37,978 nt of DNA from a bacterium. GTDB lineage: Bacteria; Muiribacteriota; UBA6191. Position 1 is the stretch's first letter. Each line of letters begins with the position of its first letter. The notes below the pieces were generated by a model. That model was not told the DNA's origin. It did no database searches and saw only the letters and a list, made by a program, of their open reading frames with translations. The stretch lies in NCBI GenBank assembly GCA_036339875.1, contig JAYZAC010000045.1, positions 1-37,978 on the forward strand. The letters are read 5' to 3'. A program made the translations under genes and the position numbers. Shown here piece by piece: positions 1 to 13,000 of this stretch.

Positions 1-3000
1 GAAACTCAGTTTGATGAGTTGTATCAAAACTAATAGCGGGCAAACTGATCAAAGTTGTCATGCTTAATTTACCAATACTTGGAGCCGAGGTGGTGTTACC
101 GATAACTAAGCGTGAGTCTATGATTTCCATAGTTCCGTAATGCATGAAATCTAAATTAGAAGTTAGATTAGCCATACGAGATAATGAAAAGCTATTGTCT
201 ATTTTCAGAAGTGCGGCATCTGACCGAGTTAAAGAGCGATCAAAACTGAGTTTGACATCGTAACTCTTCGTGAAATTAGCTGTGGTGGCTGGTCTTATAT
301 CTAAACTATCTCTAAAATTAACAGTAGCATCCACGGTTAAATCTAAGGTGTTGGATTTTGATGACGGGTCATAAAAATAGTTGGGGTCATCCAAGTCTGA
401 GAATCTTGGAATTCGAACCGCTTCACTTTCGATGGTGACCGGAGTCGTTGAACGAGCAGATAAATCTCTTAGTTTTGCAATTTTGACCAGTTCAATTTCG
501 TAGTTGGTATTTTCTGAATCAATAATCCTATCTGTGATTGTAATGTTTTTGATAGTAAAGGGTTTACTTTTACCATCATCAGTTATTTCGCTAGTTAAAT
601 TTTGGCTCGATAAGTCTAAATATTTTCCGTCAGCTCGCTTGAAATCTAAATCACGATAATTAGAATCTTCAGTAGCTATCTCCCAAGTATCAGATTTTAT
701 GGCAACTCGACCTTGGGATGTGAGAGCGCGAATGTCACCAGTAGCTTGAAGACCACCATTAACAGAGTTTAAGTTACCTGATGAGTCTATTGAAAATTGA
801 AGTTGATTCGCAGAATCTCTGAATTCTAAAAATTTATTTATTTTTATGTTTAAGCCTTGGAAATAACTGGGGGAATGCATAACGAAATCTTCATTAACCA
901 CTAGATTTCCACTTATATCACCAGCTTGTTCGATGGTCATAGATTCTTTGAATGAAGCTGAGTTTGCTTTAATACTCCCATCTTGAAGTACTTCAAAAAC
1001 TTTATCTCCGGTAGAATTGTATTGCCTTACTACACTGCCGACTTTAATGTCACCGACTTGCGTAATTTGCTCATCAAAGTTGACATTGCCCTCCGCATCG
1101 AGGAGTTTTTTGACGGTCAGTCTACTTGCTGTTAGGAATTTAGTATCGAGAGTGCTGGAGATTGTAACAGTCTTAAGTCGGCTCGTTTGATCTGGGTCTG
1201 AGCCAAAAGCTAGATCATCAAGGTCAACGAATTTACTTGTTTCAACAGTATTATCTATAATTAGATTACCACTAATGTACATTGTGGTACCTTGAGTTAA
1301 ATTACCTCCAAGATTAAGATGCCCATTCATTGTGGAAGTGTTAGACACAATCAAATTCTGAATAGTACTAATGGAGTTTGGATTCAGACTCAAATTTATA
1401 TCATCAAGATCTATAAAACGTGGTGCAATAGTATTTTTTTGAATTGTCGTGTCTTTGAGTACTTCAACAGAAGATGCATTAATCGAACCTTGAATACTTG
1501 TCAGACCTAATACCTCCATTCGACCGGATACGGGCTCAACTTCTAGCTGACCACTGATTTGAAGACTATTCCAAACAGATAACGAACTGGGGTCGGAATA
1601 ATAGGCTGAGTTCGAAGTGATTAATTTAGTAGACTCTACGTAGGCACCCGAAGTCTTGCCAATTTGCGCATTACTGGCTGATAAGTCGCCACTCACTCTA
1701 AATTCTTTACCGACGGAAAAACTTGTATGCAGAGAGTTCATTGAACCCTTGAGTTCTAGCTGATTAATTACGCTAGTTTCACTCGGGTCAAAATAGTAAC
1801 TAGAATTATTAATATCGATATATTGACTAGCACCAATTTCATAGGAATTTACGATACGTTTACTACCTTTAACTACAGAGACTTTCGGGCAATGCTCTAA
1901 TCCTGGTTCGCAACCAAACATTTGAAAGCCATTACTTATAAAGTTGGAGGTTACCAGCATATTACTATGACCAGTCAATTCAGCATCTACGACTACTTGA
2001 GCAATATCTCCTGCTGGTGAGGTAGGCGCAGTAAGGTCTAGAGAGCCATGAACTTTCAATGAGCCTGCCTCAACATCCAGTAAATAATATGGATTACGAA
2101 GTTCGATAGATTCTACGTTTCCGTTATACGAACCTACATACGCAAAGTTAGCTTCTGTGCTAGCACCAAAAACGATTTTAGGTCTATCTTGCTCCGTTAA
2201 GGTTACAGTTTGCTTAGCATCATCATCATCATCACTAGACGGAAAGCCGTATGCGGTTATTAATTCTCCTCGTACTAGTAGACTTGAATCTTGATATAGT
2301 GCGTCAGGTGGAGCAATAAAACTTTGTTGTAAACGCCATACATTTGTTTCTGGAAGTTTAGCTAAGTCGCTATCTAATCTAGTGTAATAAATAGCTGTGG
2401 GATCGTTATATTTTGAATCATTGATAATATCGATCAATTCTTCTGCTTTGGCTTGTGATATCAAGTCATGATTATGAAGAGTTGTTTTCTCTCCACCGAG
2501 TAATTGTTGCAGAATTTCTTCAGTTAATATTGGGTCAAAAACATTTTTAACTTTTCTATTATTGGGTCTAGTCTGATCATTCAGTTTTCTACTATTGATA
2601 AGCTTTTGAGCATCTTCTTTATCTGGAAAATGTAATTGCAGAGCCTTCATGTTGGAAAGATGTGACGGTTGTATAAAATATTCGGCTTCAAGGCTATCGA
2701 AGTTTCGATTGCTTGGTGAAACCAATTTTCCTGCGGACAGTTTGAAGAAAGTAGGGCTTTTGTATTCAGCTTTGAAACTTGGAGAGATACCACCACTCTC
2801 CTGCATCTTAAATTGGTTGAGAGGAAAAGAACCATTCTTATATGAATGCTCAGTGAGCAAGCCATTTGAGTTAATGTCCAAGTCCATTTTGATCCCGCCC
2901 GTATTAAAACGCATATCAACAGTTTGACCTGCAAATATAAAACCAGCGTTTCCGAGTGTCCGAAGGCCTGAACCTTCCTTAAATCTGAGGGTGAATGGAA

Positions 3001-4057
3001 ATTCAACATCAGAAAGATTAGAGATTCCCAAGGAGTGAAATGTAGTTTGACCACCCGGATCAAGGACGTATCGAGTTCCAGCATATAAACCCTCAACCGT
3101 AAGGGGGTCATCTGAATCTTCAAATTTCGCAAACTGCACAGATCGGTAGGCTAGAAGTTCACCATTAAAAGTTGCATTAGCGGCTTGGCAATCTGCCGAC
3201 ATACACAAACTATCGAAGAAAATATTACCTTGTTCCAACGAAGTGTCACCAAGTCCACCTTCGCCGCCTAGGGTCATTTCACTATTCTTTGCATAAATAG
3301 AACCTTTGATATCAAAAGCTAAGTTATCTACTCCTTGATCCATGAAAATTCTTAGGGTTGTATTTTCCATGTAGGCACCATGTTGTTGCCGTAAAGCTTC
3401 ATAACTTGAGCCATTGTCACCCAGAGCCATAGTATCTACTTCTAACACTGCTCTAGTGGTTAAAGGATTGCTTGATCCACTCGTAATCGTGAGTTGGCCT
3501 TGCTTGTTGTCATAACCGGTTAAATCAACACTGGAAATAGAGAATGGAGATCCATCAATATTAAAATCTGGCTTGATCTGTTCAAAATCTTCGAACTCAG
3601 TTCTTTTGACATTCACTCTGACTGCATAGGTACCGTCAGGGTATATGGCTCTGTCAACTAATCGCTTATTTTGTGAAGAATCAAAACTATATTCGATATT
3701 ACTCTGAAAGACACCTCCATCAGAGCTTACACTAGAGATTCTACGACCAGTATCGTCTTCATCTAAATAGACCTGAAATTGACCATTATGTACGTAAATA
3801 TTTGAGTACTCTTTCTCCCACATTACGGACTCTTCGGTTTCTTTTGTGTCTCTATCAAAAATACGTTTTATAATTTGTAATTTAAGGATTACATTCTGAT
3901 TATATGGTCCTTCACTTGGATCCACGATATAACCTGCAAATTCTAATACTTGTGGAGAAGCTGCTTGAAGTTTGTTACCACCCAATATCGCGATTAAAAT
4001 CAAGAGACCGAGATGAATAATAAGATTTACTATGTAAGCGTTTCTGAGAAGGTTAAT
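1..4057 (-). CDS. Giant secreted fibre/adhesin-like protein B (C-terminally truncated by window edge, >=1350 aa); paralogue of 4053..18788
   Basis: Absent from the ORF track because no stop lies in the window. Manual translation of the minus frame (codons starting at positions = 1 mod 3) found no stop from 4057 down to ~1140; spot checks from there to the edge were also open. It has a signal-peptide-like N-terminus (..HLGLLILIAILGGNKLQA|ASPQVLEFAGYIVDP..MWEKEYSNIYVHNGQFQVYL). Collinear matches to the 4911-aa protein: FNIDGSPFSISSV vs MSIDGNPYSVSSV; HNHDLISQAKAEELIDIINDS vs HVHNVLEEATAKMLIDIINAS; AYVGSYNGNVESIEL vs AQIGSLNSDVDSIEF. Start uncertain: ATT 4057 or TTG 4003. Confidence 0.9.
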   Translation of the reverse strand, partial: MNLLRNAYIVNLIIHLGLLILIAILGGNKLQAASPQVLEFAGYIVDPSEGPYNQNVILKLQIIKRIFDRDTKETEESVMWEKEYSNIYVHNGQFQVYLDEDDTGRRISSVSSDGGVFQSNIEYSFDSSQNKRLVDRAIYPDGTYAVRVNVKRTEFEDFEQIKPDFNIDGSPFSISSVDLTGYDNKQGQLTITSGSSNPLTTRAVLEVDTMALGDNGSSYEALRQQHGAYMENTTLRIFMDQGVDNLAFDIKGSIYAKNSEMTLGGEGGLGDTSLEQGNIFFDSLCMSADCQAANATFNGELLAYRSVQFAKFEDSDDPLTVEGLYAGTRYVLDPGGQTTFHSLGISNLSDVEFPFTLRFKEGSGLRTLGNAGFIFAGQTVDMRFNTGGIKMDLDINSNGLLTEHSYKNGSFPLNQFKMQESGGISPSFKAEYKSPTFFKLSAGKLVSPSNRNFDSLEAEYFIQPSHLSNMKALQLHFPDKEDAQKLINSRKLNDQTRPNNRKVKNVFDPILTEEILQQLLGGEKTTLHNHDLISQAKAEELIDIINDSKYNDPTAIYYTRLDSDLAKLPETNVWRLQQSFIAPPDALYQDSSLLVRGELITAYGFPSSDDDDDAKQTVTLTEQDRPKIVFGASTEANFAYVGSYNGNVESIELRNPYYLLDVEAGSLKVHGSLDLTAPTSPAGDIAQVVVDAELTGHSNMLVTSNFISNGFQMFGCEPGLEHCPKVSVVKGSKRIVNSYEIGASQYIDINNSSYYFDPSETSVINQLELKGSMNSLHTSFSVGKEFRVSGDLSASNAQIGKTSGAYVESTKLITSNSAYYSDPSSLSVWNSLQISGQLEVEPVSGRMEVLGLTSIQGSINASSVEVLKDTTIQKNTIAPRFIDLDDINLSLNPNSISTIQNLIVSNTSTMNGHLNLGGNLTQGTTMYISGNLIIDNTVETSKFVDLDDLAFGSDPDQTSRLKTVTISSTLDTKFLTASRLTVKKLLDAEGNVNFDEQITQVGDIKVGSVVRQYNSTGDKVFEVLQDGSIKANSASFKESMTIEQAGDISGNLVVNEDFVMHSPSYFQGLNIKINKFLEFRDSANQLQFSIDSSGNLNSVNGGLQATGDIRALTSQGRVAIKSDTWEIATEDSNYRDLDFKRADGKYLDLSSQNLTSEITDDGKSKPFTIKNITITDRIIDSENTNYEIELVKIAKLRDLSARSTTPVTIESEAVRIPRFSDLDDPNYFYDPSSKSNTLDLTVDATVNFRDSLDIRPATTANFTKSYDVKLSFDRSLTRSDAALLKIDNSFSLSRMANLTSNLDFMHYGTMEIIDSRLVIGNTTSAPSIGKLSMTTLISLPAISFDTTHQTEF

Positions 4058-7000
4058 AACAATACCTCATCTCATAATTTTGTGTACTTGATACATCAGA
4101 AAGTGCTAGTCCTCCATTTCCATCAGCTCCTAGATTGCTACGGGTCAATAATTTGAGTTTGCCACCGAAACCATTTGACTCCATGGTAAAACTTGAGCTA
4201 GTCAGTGCCGTGTTTAGATTTTTACCATCTTCAACTGCCCTGATAAGTTGTTGAATTGTGCACACCTTACCTCTGATATTATTACCCTCAATTTCAATAC
4301 TGTGTGCCTCATCTTTATGTGCACCTATAGTGGTGCTGTTGGAGGCAGGCGTACTCATACAGAATGCTTCCTGACTATCTCCCCCAATAAGAATATAGTT
4401 TGTAGAACAACCCGTAAGTATTTGAGATAATGCATCATGAAGGTGCTCTGAATTTGCTTCATCGCCTCCAAAAATTTTAGCTAGTGTCGTATTATCGCCC
4501 ACATTTAATTTTGCATAAGGAATATCATTATTTTTAATTTTCGATGACGGAATTTGATTCTTAAATTTTCCTTGAGTTAGTTTAGAACTGCTATCTAACG
4601 AGCCCGTACTAATACCATCATCCTTAAAATAATTTTTATCAAATGTTAGATTTACAAGATCAGCAGTTTCAAGAAGTCCTATCTCTCGACTAGTTAAATT
4701 ACTTAATAAACCGGATCCAATTGAGTCTGTCTTTAGTTTTTCACCCGTGAGGTTTTGGATTTCATCGCCACCGATCTGATAGATATCATCCTCATCAAAA
4801 CTATTATCAGTTAATTTGGCTTCTCCAACGGCTTTGTCAGCTATATTAAGTTGAATTATAGCTGCCGTGGATAAATCAGCTTCTGCCACTGCGGCTCCAT
4901 CAAGTCGAGACTCGGTGAGAACGAATGATTTTATCTTAGATATAGAAAGGCTATTGTCTGAAACATCTTCTTTAGTAATTGCTTGCTCGGCAAAACGGTT
5001 TCCGATGAGGCTGTTGTCTTCAAGTAAGGCTTGAATAATATTATTGTTATCAATTCGTAAACCATCATCGCCTGAACTTTTTACCAAAACATCCTCGATA
5101 AGCTCTGCAGTCTGTATTGAAGAGTTTTGAACTGTTCTTGTATCGGCAAATATTGTCTCAAAATCAGCCGATGTTAACTTTTTTGAGGCTTCGGTACTAA
5201 AGTCACTATTACTTAAAGTTAAACTAGAGATGTTAATATCATCAAAGACGTTATCAAAATTTGACGAGTTAAATGTATCTGCGGCAAGTTTCGTAGATGT
5301 TACAGCATTGTTTGCTAATTGCGAGCCATCGATCGTATTGTCAGCTATATTACCATCGGTTAAGGCATTATCGGCTATCTGACTTGCAGAAAGGATTCCG
5401 TCTCCAAAAGCACCACCAGTTACAGTTTTAGTTTTGAACTTGCTAACGTCGATGGTTTCTGTGATGAAATCTTCACCCTTTAGGCTTTCTGCCTTGACTT
5501 TATCATTAGCGATTGAGCTTTCGAAATCGTCTCCATGAATTCCTTTGTTCGATAACATGGCCTCACTTAGAGTGTTATCTGCTAACTTTGTGCCATCAAT
5601 TGAACTGAAGTAGAAGTTATCGTCTTGCAGTGTGGTATTTGCCAATTTTGAATTATCGATTTGCAAGGTTTTTATATGACCATAGGTCACAGCTGCGCTA
5701 TCAAAAACAGAATCAGTTAGAGTATTGGCTTTTATTTTAGATGATTCAATTTGATTAGTTTGTATATTACCATCTGTAAGGATTCGATCAGCAATCACAC
5801 TAGCGTTTACTTCAGCAGTCTTAAAATCTGTAGTCTGAAGTGTTAAGTTTGCAATATTAGCTGAGCTAATTTGAGTGTCTTTGAGTTTGGCTTGCGTAAT
5901 ACTGGCGGTTTGAATTTTAGCCTCTTCAATTGAGTTTTCAATAAACTTCAAGCCGGTGAGAGTGAGGTTTTCTATTTTGTCTCCATCGATGTTGCCAGAC
6001 AGTCGGTTAGCTTGAAGAGTACCCGACATTATATTAATACTTTTTAGACCACCATCTAAAATTTTTGCTGTGGTGATGCTTTCGTTAACAATGATAGAAC
6101 TTGTGATTGCTTGTGATGCGATTTTGGTACCGGCTACAGTGCCAGCATATTTGTCTGCAGTTATAGCATTATTTGTTAAGATTGCACCGGTAATTACTGA
6201 ATTAGCAAGTTCATCCTCATCTAGCGTGCCCGCGGTGAAACTTGTGTCATCAAATAAGCGCGAGGCAATGTGTTTTGAATCAAAAACTCCCGAGGCTAGT
6301 CGATCATCAATTTGGTCTTCATCAAACATGGAGTAGGGGATGACTTCGAATTCAGTGATATTATCTGGAGCATCAATTAATAAGTTGGAGCTATCATCGT
6401 AGCTGTAAAGATTACCGTCGCTTACATAATAAACTTTATCAGTTTCTATACTAACTTTAAGATCAGTGATGGCTACACCTAGATCGACCAATTGAGTGGT
6501 AGAATCACCTAATACTCTTTTTTGTATGGTATTACCTTGAATAAAGAATAATTTAGTACCATCTTTATTGAAGACTGGCTTACTGATTGAGTTGTTCCCT
6601 AAGTTTTGTTCGGTGCTGGCACTAGTACCATCATAAATTCTTATTAGATTATCTGAATTGAGCTGAGCAATGTAAGCTAGTTTATTTATCTGTGGCGAAT
6701 AATCCATCCCAGCGCTAACGATAACTCCTGTATCAATGCGAGTATTGGGCGCTCCGTCTTGGTAAATCCAAAGATGATCAGCTTCGCCCTTAAAGTACAC
6801 TTGCATTTGATCTTTTGCAGAACCATTACTTGTACCACCAACAAAATAAATGAGGCCATCGATAGCAGCGATAGCAGCATTACTTACGGAGCTAGCTAAA
6901 TTATCTAATGCCCCAGACCAAGTATTATCTGTAGGGTTGTATTTTTTAAGTATATTAAGTTCCCCAGAATTACCAGAACCAGCTGCTACATAAATTTGAT

Positions 7001-10000
7001 CACCCAAAGTGACTGCAGATGCTCCAGCTCTTGCTATTGGCATAGCTTCTTTATCACTCCAATTGTTGTTTGAAGGATCATATTCTTCAACTTTAGTATT
7101 AGGTCCATTACCTCCGAAAACATAGGCCTTGTTATTATAAACGGCTGCGGCGGTAGCAGATCGATCTCCGTTCATATCAGCCATCGTGGCCCAAGCATCA
7201 GAACCAGGATTATACTCATAGGTGAAGGCTTCATCGCCGCTACCAGTATTACCTCCAAAGACATAAACACGTTCATTGATTGCTACAGCGGAGATGTCAT
7301 AAAGTGAGCTTGGTAAATCGCTGGCATTACTCCAGGAATCAGCTACTGGGTCATAAACTTCTACCCTAGAGAGCGCTCCATCGTCATTCTTACCGCCAAT
7401 TACATAAATTAAACCATCTAGCTCCACGGCAGCCATATTTGATCTAGCGCCGCCCGACATAGAAGTTTTACTACTCCAAGTTCGTGATGAGGGTTCATAC
7501 TCTTGAACGTTTGATTGTAGTGAACCGTTATCACCACCGAAAAGATAAAGCTTAGAATTGGCAACGGCGTAGGCACCTTTAGCGAAGGAGCTGCCTGGAT
7601 TATCTAATTCAATCCAAGAGTTACCTCCGATGACGAAATCTTGGTTATCAGTGGTGCTCAGTACAGAGCGCGCTGAAACGGGACGATATTCTGGGTTACG
7701 AATAGCGCCGCTAATGAATGACATTTCATAAGACTGATCATCAGCAAAAACCGACAATCGGTTACCGTGAGCAGTATTTTGTAGTTTAGACCAAGTTTTT
7801 GTATTGTTTATGGTTTCAGTGTTTGAACCGTCCCAGTCATAGCGTTTTACGACTCCGTTTTCAATAGTTACGATGAAACCATCACCCTTATCAAAAGCAT
7901 TAGTTTCTAATTTGGCTACCGTAACTACGTCAGAGTCAAAATCTGTTCCTAATAAACTATTGATAATTAATTTAGATTTAGTGATTGCTTCGCTATTTAG
8001 AACCCTCGGATAAATTTGTTCTGATGAAATTTTAATTGAGTTAATAGCACTATTGACTACATGAAAAGAGCTAACTTCTTTGGTTTTAATAAAGCTAGCG
8101 TCAATGATGCTATCAGCAATCATACTTGAACTACTCACAATTTCACTGATCATATGGGTAGTCAGTATGCTTTTTGAGGAGACTTTGGACTGAGAGATAA
8201 TATTTACTTCCAGCTCCGAGTTACCAATAGAGTCATCATCAATTTTAGAGGCTCTAATATCACCGCTGAGAATTCTAGACTTACTAATGGAACTTTCTGT
8301 GAAGTACTTACCCTCAAGGGTTCCATCTTCAAGGTTTCCGGCACTGATAACAGCACTTGCAAAAACCGATTGATCTAATGTTGTTGCGGCGATATGACTT
8401 GATTCAACAGCATCAGTTTGAATATGATCAGAAACAATTACCGCTCCGTTAAAGGAATCTGACACAATTGATAGATCAGCAAGATGAGAGCTGGTCAAAA
8501 TTGAATTAGCCAGATTATCGTTTTCAATTGCATCATCCTCAAGAACATGACCACTGAAAATCCATGACCGTAATTTATCATCATTATTTGTCATACTGGC
8601 AGTTAGTAAATTGCGAGCATTATTAAACGGTACTTCGATTTGGTATAAGTCATCGCCTTGAAAGTAGAATAATCGGTCAGACCTTAATGGATGCGCTTTT
8701 ATATATTTAGGATCAGTTGATAAGACTGAGCTATAACTAAATGATGCACCATAGCTACAGGCTCCCAATTCGTTAGAGTTGTTCTTAGCTACAAAAAGTA
8801 CAGCATCAGTTTGACTGATTTCTAATTCTGTAAATGTGGTTCCTGATGCTGCACAATTACCATCTGAAGTATCTAGTGATCCATTAGCATTGAGTCTGGC
8901 CCATTCACTAGGATCATCAGGATTGAAAACTAGTTTTGAGCCACCACCACCACTTACTGTGGGTCCCTCTGTATTTGATTTAGTAATTATATTGTAAGCA
9001 AAAATCTGATCATTGGAATCATCAAAATGATAGATGACACGATTGTCATTACTCCATATTAAAAATTGATCGCTGGTACCATCGTAATTAAGATTTGTTG
9101 CACGGACTCGGTCAAAAGTTCGATCTGCCCAGTAGATTTTCCCACCGGATATAAAGGCTACTTTACTACCATCTGGACTAATACGCGCATAACTTAGCTG
9201 CGAACCTCTGCCATGCGTAGCTAGAGTTTTTTGAGCGGTGTTAACTCCTTGAACATAAATAGAATTACTATCTGATTGATATAGACGGCCACCTTTTGTA
9301 CTAAAGGAGCCAGTCGCGAAATTAGCTTTAGCAAGATTTTCGAAATGGCTATTGCTTAATGTTCTCGAGTGGATTTTTGATTTGGTAACTTCATTTTTGG
9401 CGAGATCGACGTCTTTAAACGTATTAGTCTGTAGTCGATCAGATTCAATTGTATGCTTGATCAGAAGTACACCACTAATTGCTTCTGAATGAATTTTTGA
9501 TGATTCTATATCACCGTCAAGTATGAACTCACCTTTAACCGAATTAGTTGCGATTAGTGAAGTATCAATCGCGCCCGTTTCGAGTTTGTCTGATGTGATT
9601 GAATTAGTCTTGAAGTCTATAGCATCGATTGAATTATCTTTTATTTGGTCTGCTCGTATGGTTTCGCTTACCAAATTATTAAAATCGACGCTATTGTCTT
9701 GAATGAGATTATTATTAAATACACGACTACGAAATTGCTTGGCTTCGAAACTGTCATCTTTAAGACTATTTTCGTTGAGTTCAGCATTTTTGATGGCATC
9801 ACTCCAGTATTCTTTATCAGCTAAGGTTAAAGTTACGATTGATCCATTTGCGACTTGAGAATTTGAAATTGCGAAAGAAGCTATTTGTCTGGTATCAAAG
9901 GTGTCAGCTTCAATTTTGTTAGATGTCAAAGCACCGCTTTGAATATTAAAAGCCGAGATACTTGAATCAGAAATTTTGTCTGAAGTTAACTCGTTGTTTT

Positions 10001-13000
10001 TGATTAATTGGCCGTTGAAGGTGAAATGATCTAGATGTTGTGTTTGTATGGCTGCTGTATTCAAATCTCCATCTGTAAGTTGATTGGCTGTAGTTTCAGA
10101 GAATAGTCTTGAATCGATAGTATCACTCTGAATCAAGGCATAATCAATACCACCAAGATCGCTAAAATCACCCCCGGTCAAGACATCGTCACCAATTTTC
10201 GATGAGGCATCAATATCGCTACCAATTTTCTCATGCGTGATAGCCTCATCTTGTATGGTTCTTGTAATAATAGCCATAGCGTTGAGTTCAGAAGAGCCAA
10301 CCGCGTTATCATCTATTTTTGATTCAATCAAAGACCCAGTTAAAATTTTTGAATCATTAATACTGTTGTTAGAAAATTTGTCATTTCCGATGGTGTCTTC
10401 GATTAAGTGATCAGAGTTGAAACCCGATTCTAAATCATTGTCTGCTATTTCATCCTTTGCAATGCGTAAACTTTCTACACCTTCGCCATGCTTAGTCACT
10501 AGCATTAATTCATTACCAGCTCCTAAAATTACGGTACCGTCGTTTTTCCAATAACAAGAGCTAAATAAAATTGAATCATATTGCTCCTCCAATAACTTGT
10601 CCCAACTAGCTCCCTGATCGAAAGAAATTTTGGTATCAGAACCTAAACCTACCGTCAGAAATTCATTTTCGTCACGGGCACAAAGATCGTAAATTTTATT
10701 TGTGCTCGAATAGGCGTTAAGTTCAGTTGCAAGTTCATTAAAGCTTGTTACTAAATACATCTTACCCGAGCTACTTCCTAAAATAATTGAAGTGCCAGCT
10801 TTTGAAACCGCGGTAAACGTTTCGTCGGTTTTAGCTACATATGTACTTACGTTACTTAAATTAGTGGCACTAACTTTACCTAGTAATCCGTTACTTCCCG
10901 AAAAATAAGCTGTGCCAGAGAATATTTGAAGATCTTGTAATACAGCACCACCAAAGTCGGTAGTATTTTTAGTGCTGAATCCATCAGCACTAGCCCACAA
11001 TTGAGTTCCACCAAATTGGATAGCAAATGCTTTACTGGATGTTGCTGCAAGTAAGTGGGCAGTGGTTACTGTTTGACCAGTTTGACTCCAAGAACTTCCA
11101 CCATTTGTGGTTTTATAAATTCCACGATGATTATTATTTGGAGAATCAAAAACAGCAAATCCATTATTTGCGTCCACAAAATAGATATCATAAGCGTAAG
11201 ATAGGGGAGTGGTTAGGCTTTGTGATATCCAATCCAGACCATTATTATTTGATTTGATTGAATGATTGCCGCGTGTTAAAAAAATATTTGTGCCATCATA
11301 GGATTGTAGGCGTGAATATTTAGATAAATTCGTATTTGTAATTCCCAGAGAGCTTATGGAGTAGCTAGACCCCTGATTACTAGTTCTGGCTACGAAGTAA
11401 TCATTTTCTGAAGTATGTTTATACAGGATTACCCACGTGTCTGTTTCTGAAATGTGAGCAGCTTCTGCCACAAGACTAGGAGAACTATATTCACTAAATG
11501 ATGTATCTGTTGAGCCAGATAGATTAGTCCACAAGGTATATCGAGATAAACCCGCCGTGGTTATGAAAATATTATTTCCAGATGAATCGCTAAAGAAGAA
11601 AGGAGTATTAAGTTGAGTGTTACTAGCGTCATTACTCCAATTATCAGATGTATTTACAAGAGTGTCGTCGTCTAAGAACAGACCTTCGGTTGGTGAATGC
11701 ATCCAGAATGAAAAATTAGAATCAATTTGTGCATTGACTGCAAGGGCTAAAACGGATTCATTAAGATATTCATCAGTTGTGTATAGAGTTTGACCGTTTG
11801 ATTTAATTAACCAGGAATGTTGTAAATCAGAAATACTAAAGACTTTCCGAAAAGATGAACCTGTCTTGACTAAGCGAAATGATTCGCCACCATCATAACT
11901 GTAGTAAGCTTTTGAATCGGTCGTCAAAAAACCGTGAAATTCATCTTCAAAATAGAAATCTTGGATATCACTACCAAAGTCTGTCATTTCGCGCATGCCA
12001 AGACCTTCATAGCTGGAACTGTAAAGTTTACTGCCAATCATTACCCAGACTCGCTTCTTATAAGTCATTGCTTTTCCGAATGATCCAGTCAAAGAACTTA
12101 CTTTTGAAAGAATAGGTGAATTAGCACTATCTAATCGATAGATACCATGAGTGTTATCAAATACTAGTATCTTACCCGAGTTTAACTCCAGTATTTGACT
12201 TGGATTGCTAAGATTTGGTGACTTAGATACTGCTTTGAAACCACGAGATAAACTGCTTCGATTGTCAATTTTACCAGCCGTAATTGAATCGCTGGCAAAT
12301 ACAGAGGACTCAAGGGTAAAGTCGATTATGTGGGTTGTTAAAATACTATTGTTTGTGAAATGACTATTTTCAAAAATACGTGAATCATAATGCGTTGTAA
12401 GTAAACTTAACGCTCCGAAGTCTTGAGCGAGAAGAGAGTTGTTTTTTATTAGTCCCGAAGTGATCACCTCACTATCGAATACAGCTGTAACCATTGCATC
12501 AGCAGCTAGATCTAAATCAGTAATGCTTCCGTCTTCTATATGGCTACCAGAAATAGTCTGTGATGCTATTTTTGCAGAGGTGATGATTTGATCATCTAAT
12601 GAAGCAGAAGTAATCGTATATGGATCGACGTGATAACTAAATAAATCAGCTGAGACCCATAGGTTTTCAGCAATGGAATCATCTTTAATTTTACCTGCAG
12701 TGATGACTTTAGAAGCAAATTGTGAGTCGGTGAGAATGCCTAGGGCGAAATCAGAGGTCTGTAGAGCGTATGACTCGATCAATGAATGAATAATTGCAGA
12801 GTTAAAAATTACTCTAGAATCAATCTGAGAATCTTTGATTCGACTATTTGTTATCGCTGCATCCTTAATATGTGTTGTTAAAACCTGCTTCTCAGCGATT
12901 ACTCTTGAAGATAGTGTGTTTAAATCTATATGAATATTTGTGACACTGCCTTGCTTGAAGTTACTTGATATTATTGATAATAATCCGAATTTACCTTCAT

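Noticed and set aside
2218..2234. (CAT)n microsatellite
   Set aside because: Only about five units, encoding an in-frame poly-Asp; too short to suggest phase variation.
1319..3132. Track ORFs 1319..1510 (+), 2647..3132 (-) and 2649..2927 (+)
   Set aside because: They lie antisense or out of frame within the long open frame of giant protein B, which has clear paralogy to protein A.
4053..4250. Diversity-generating retroelement targeting the CLec-like tip
   Set aside because: No reverse transcriptase and no second near-identical template-repeat copy were seen in this window. A DGR acting in trans cannot be excluded.
6790..7620. Locally higher GC in the Kelch region as evidence of horizontal transfer
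   Set aside because: Explicable by Gly/Ala-rich composition; needs a GC3 calculation before any claim.
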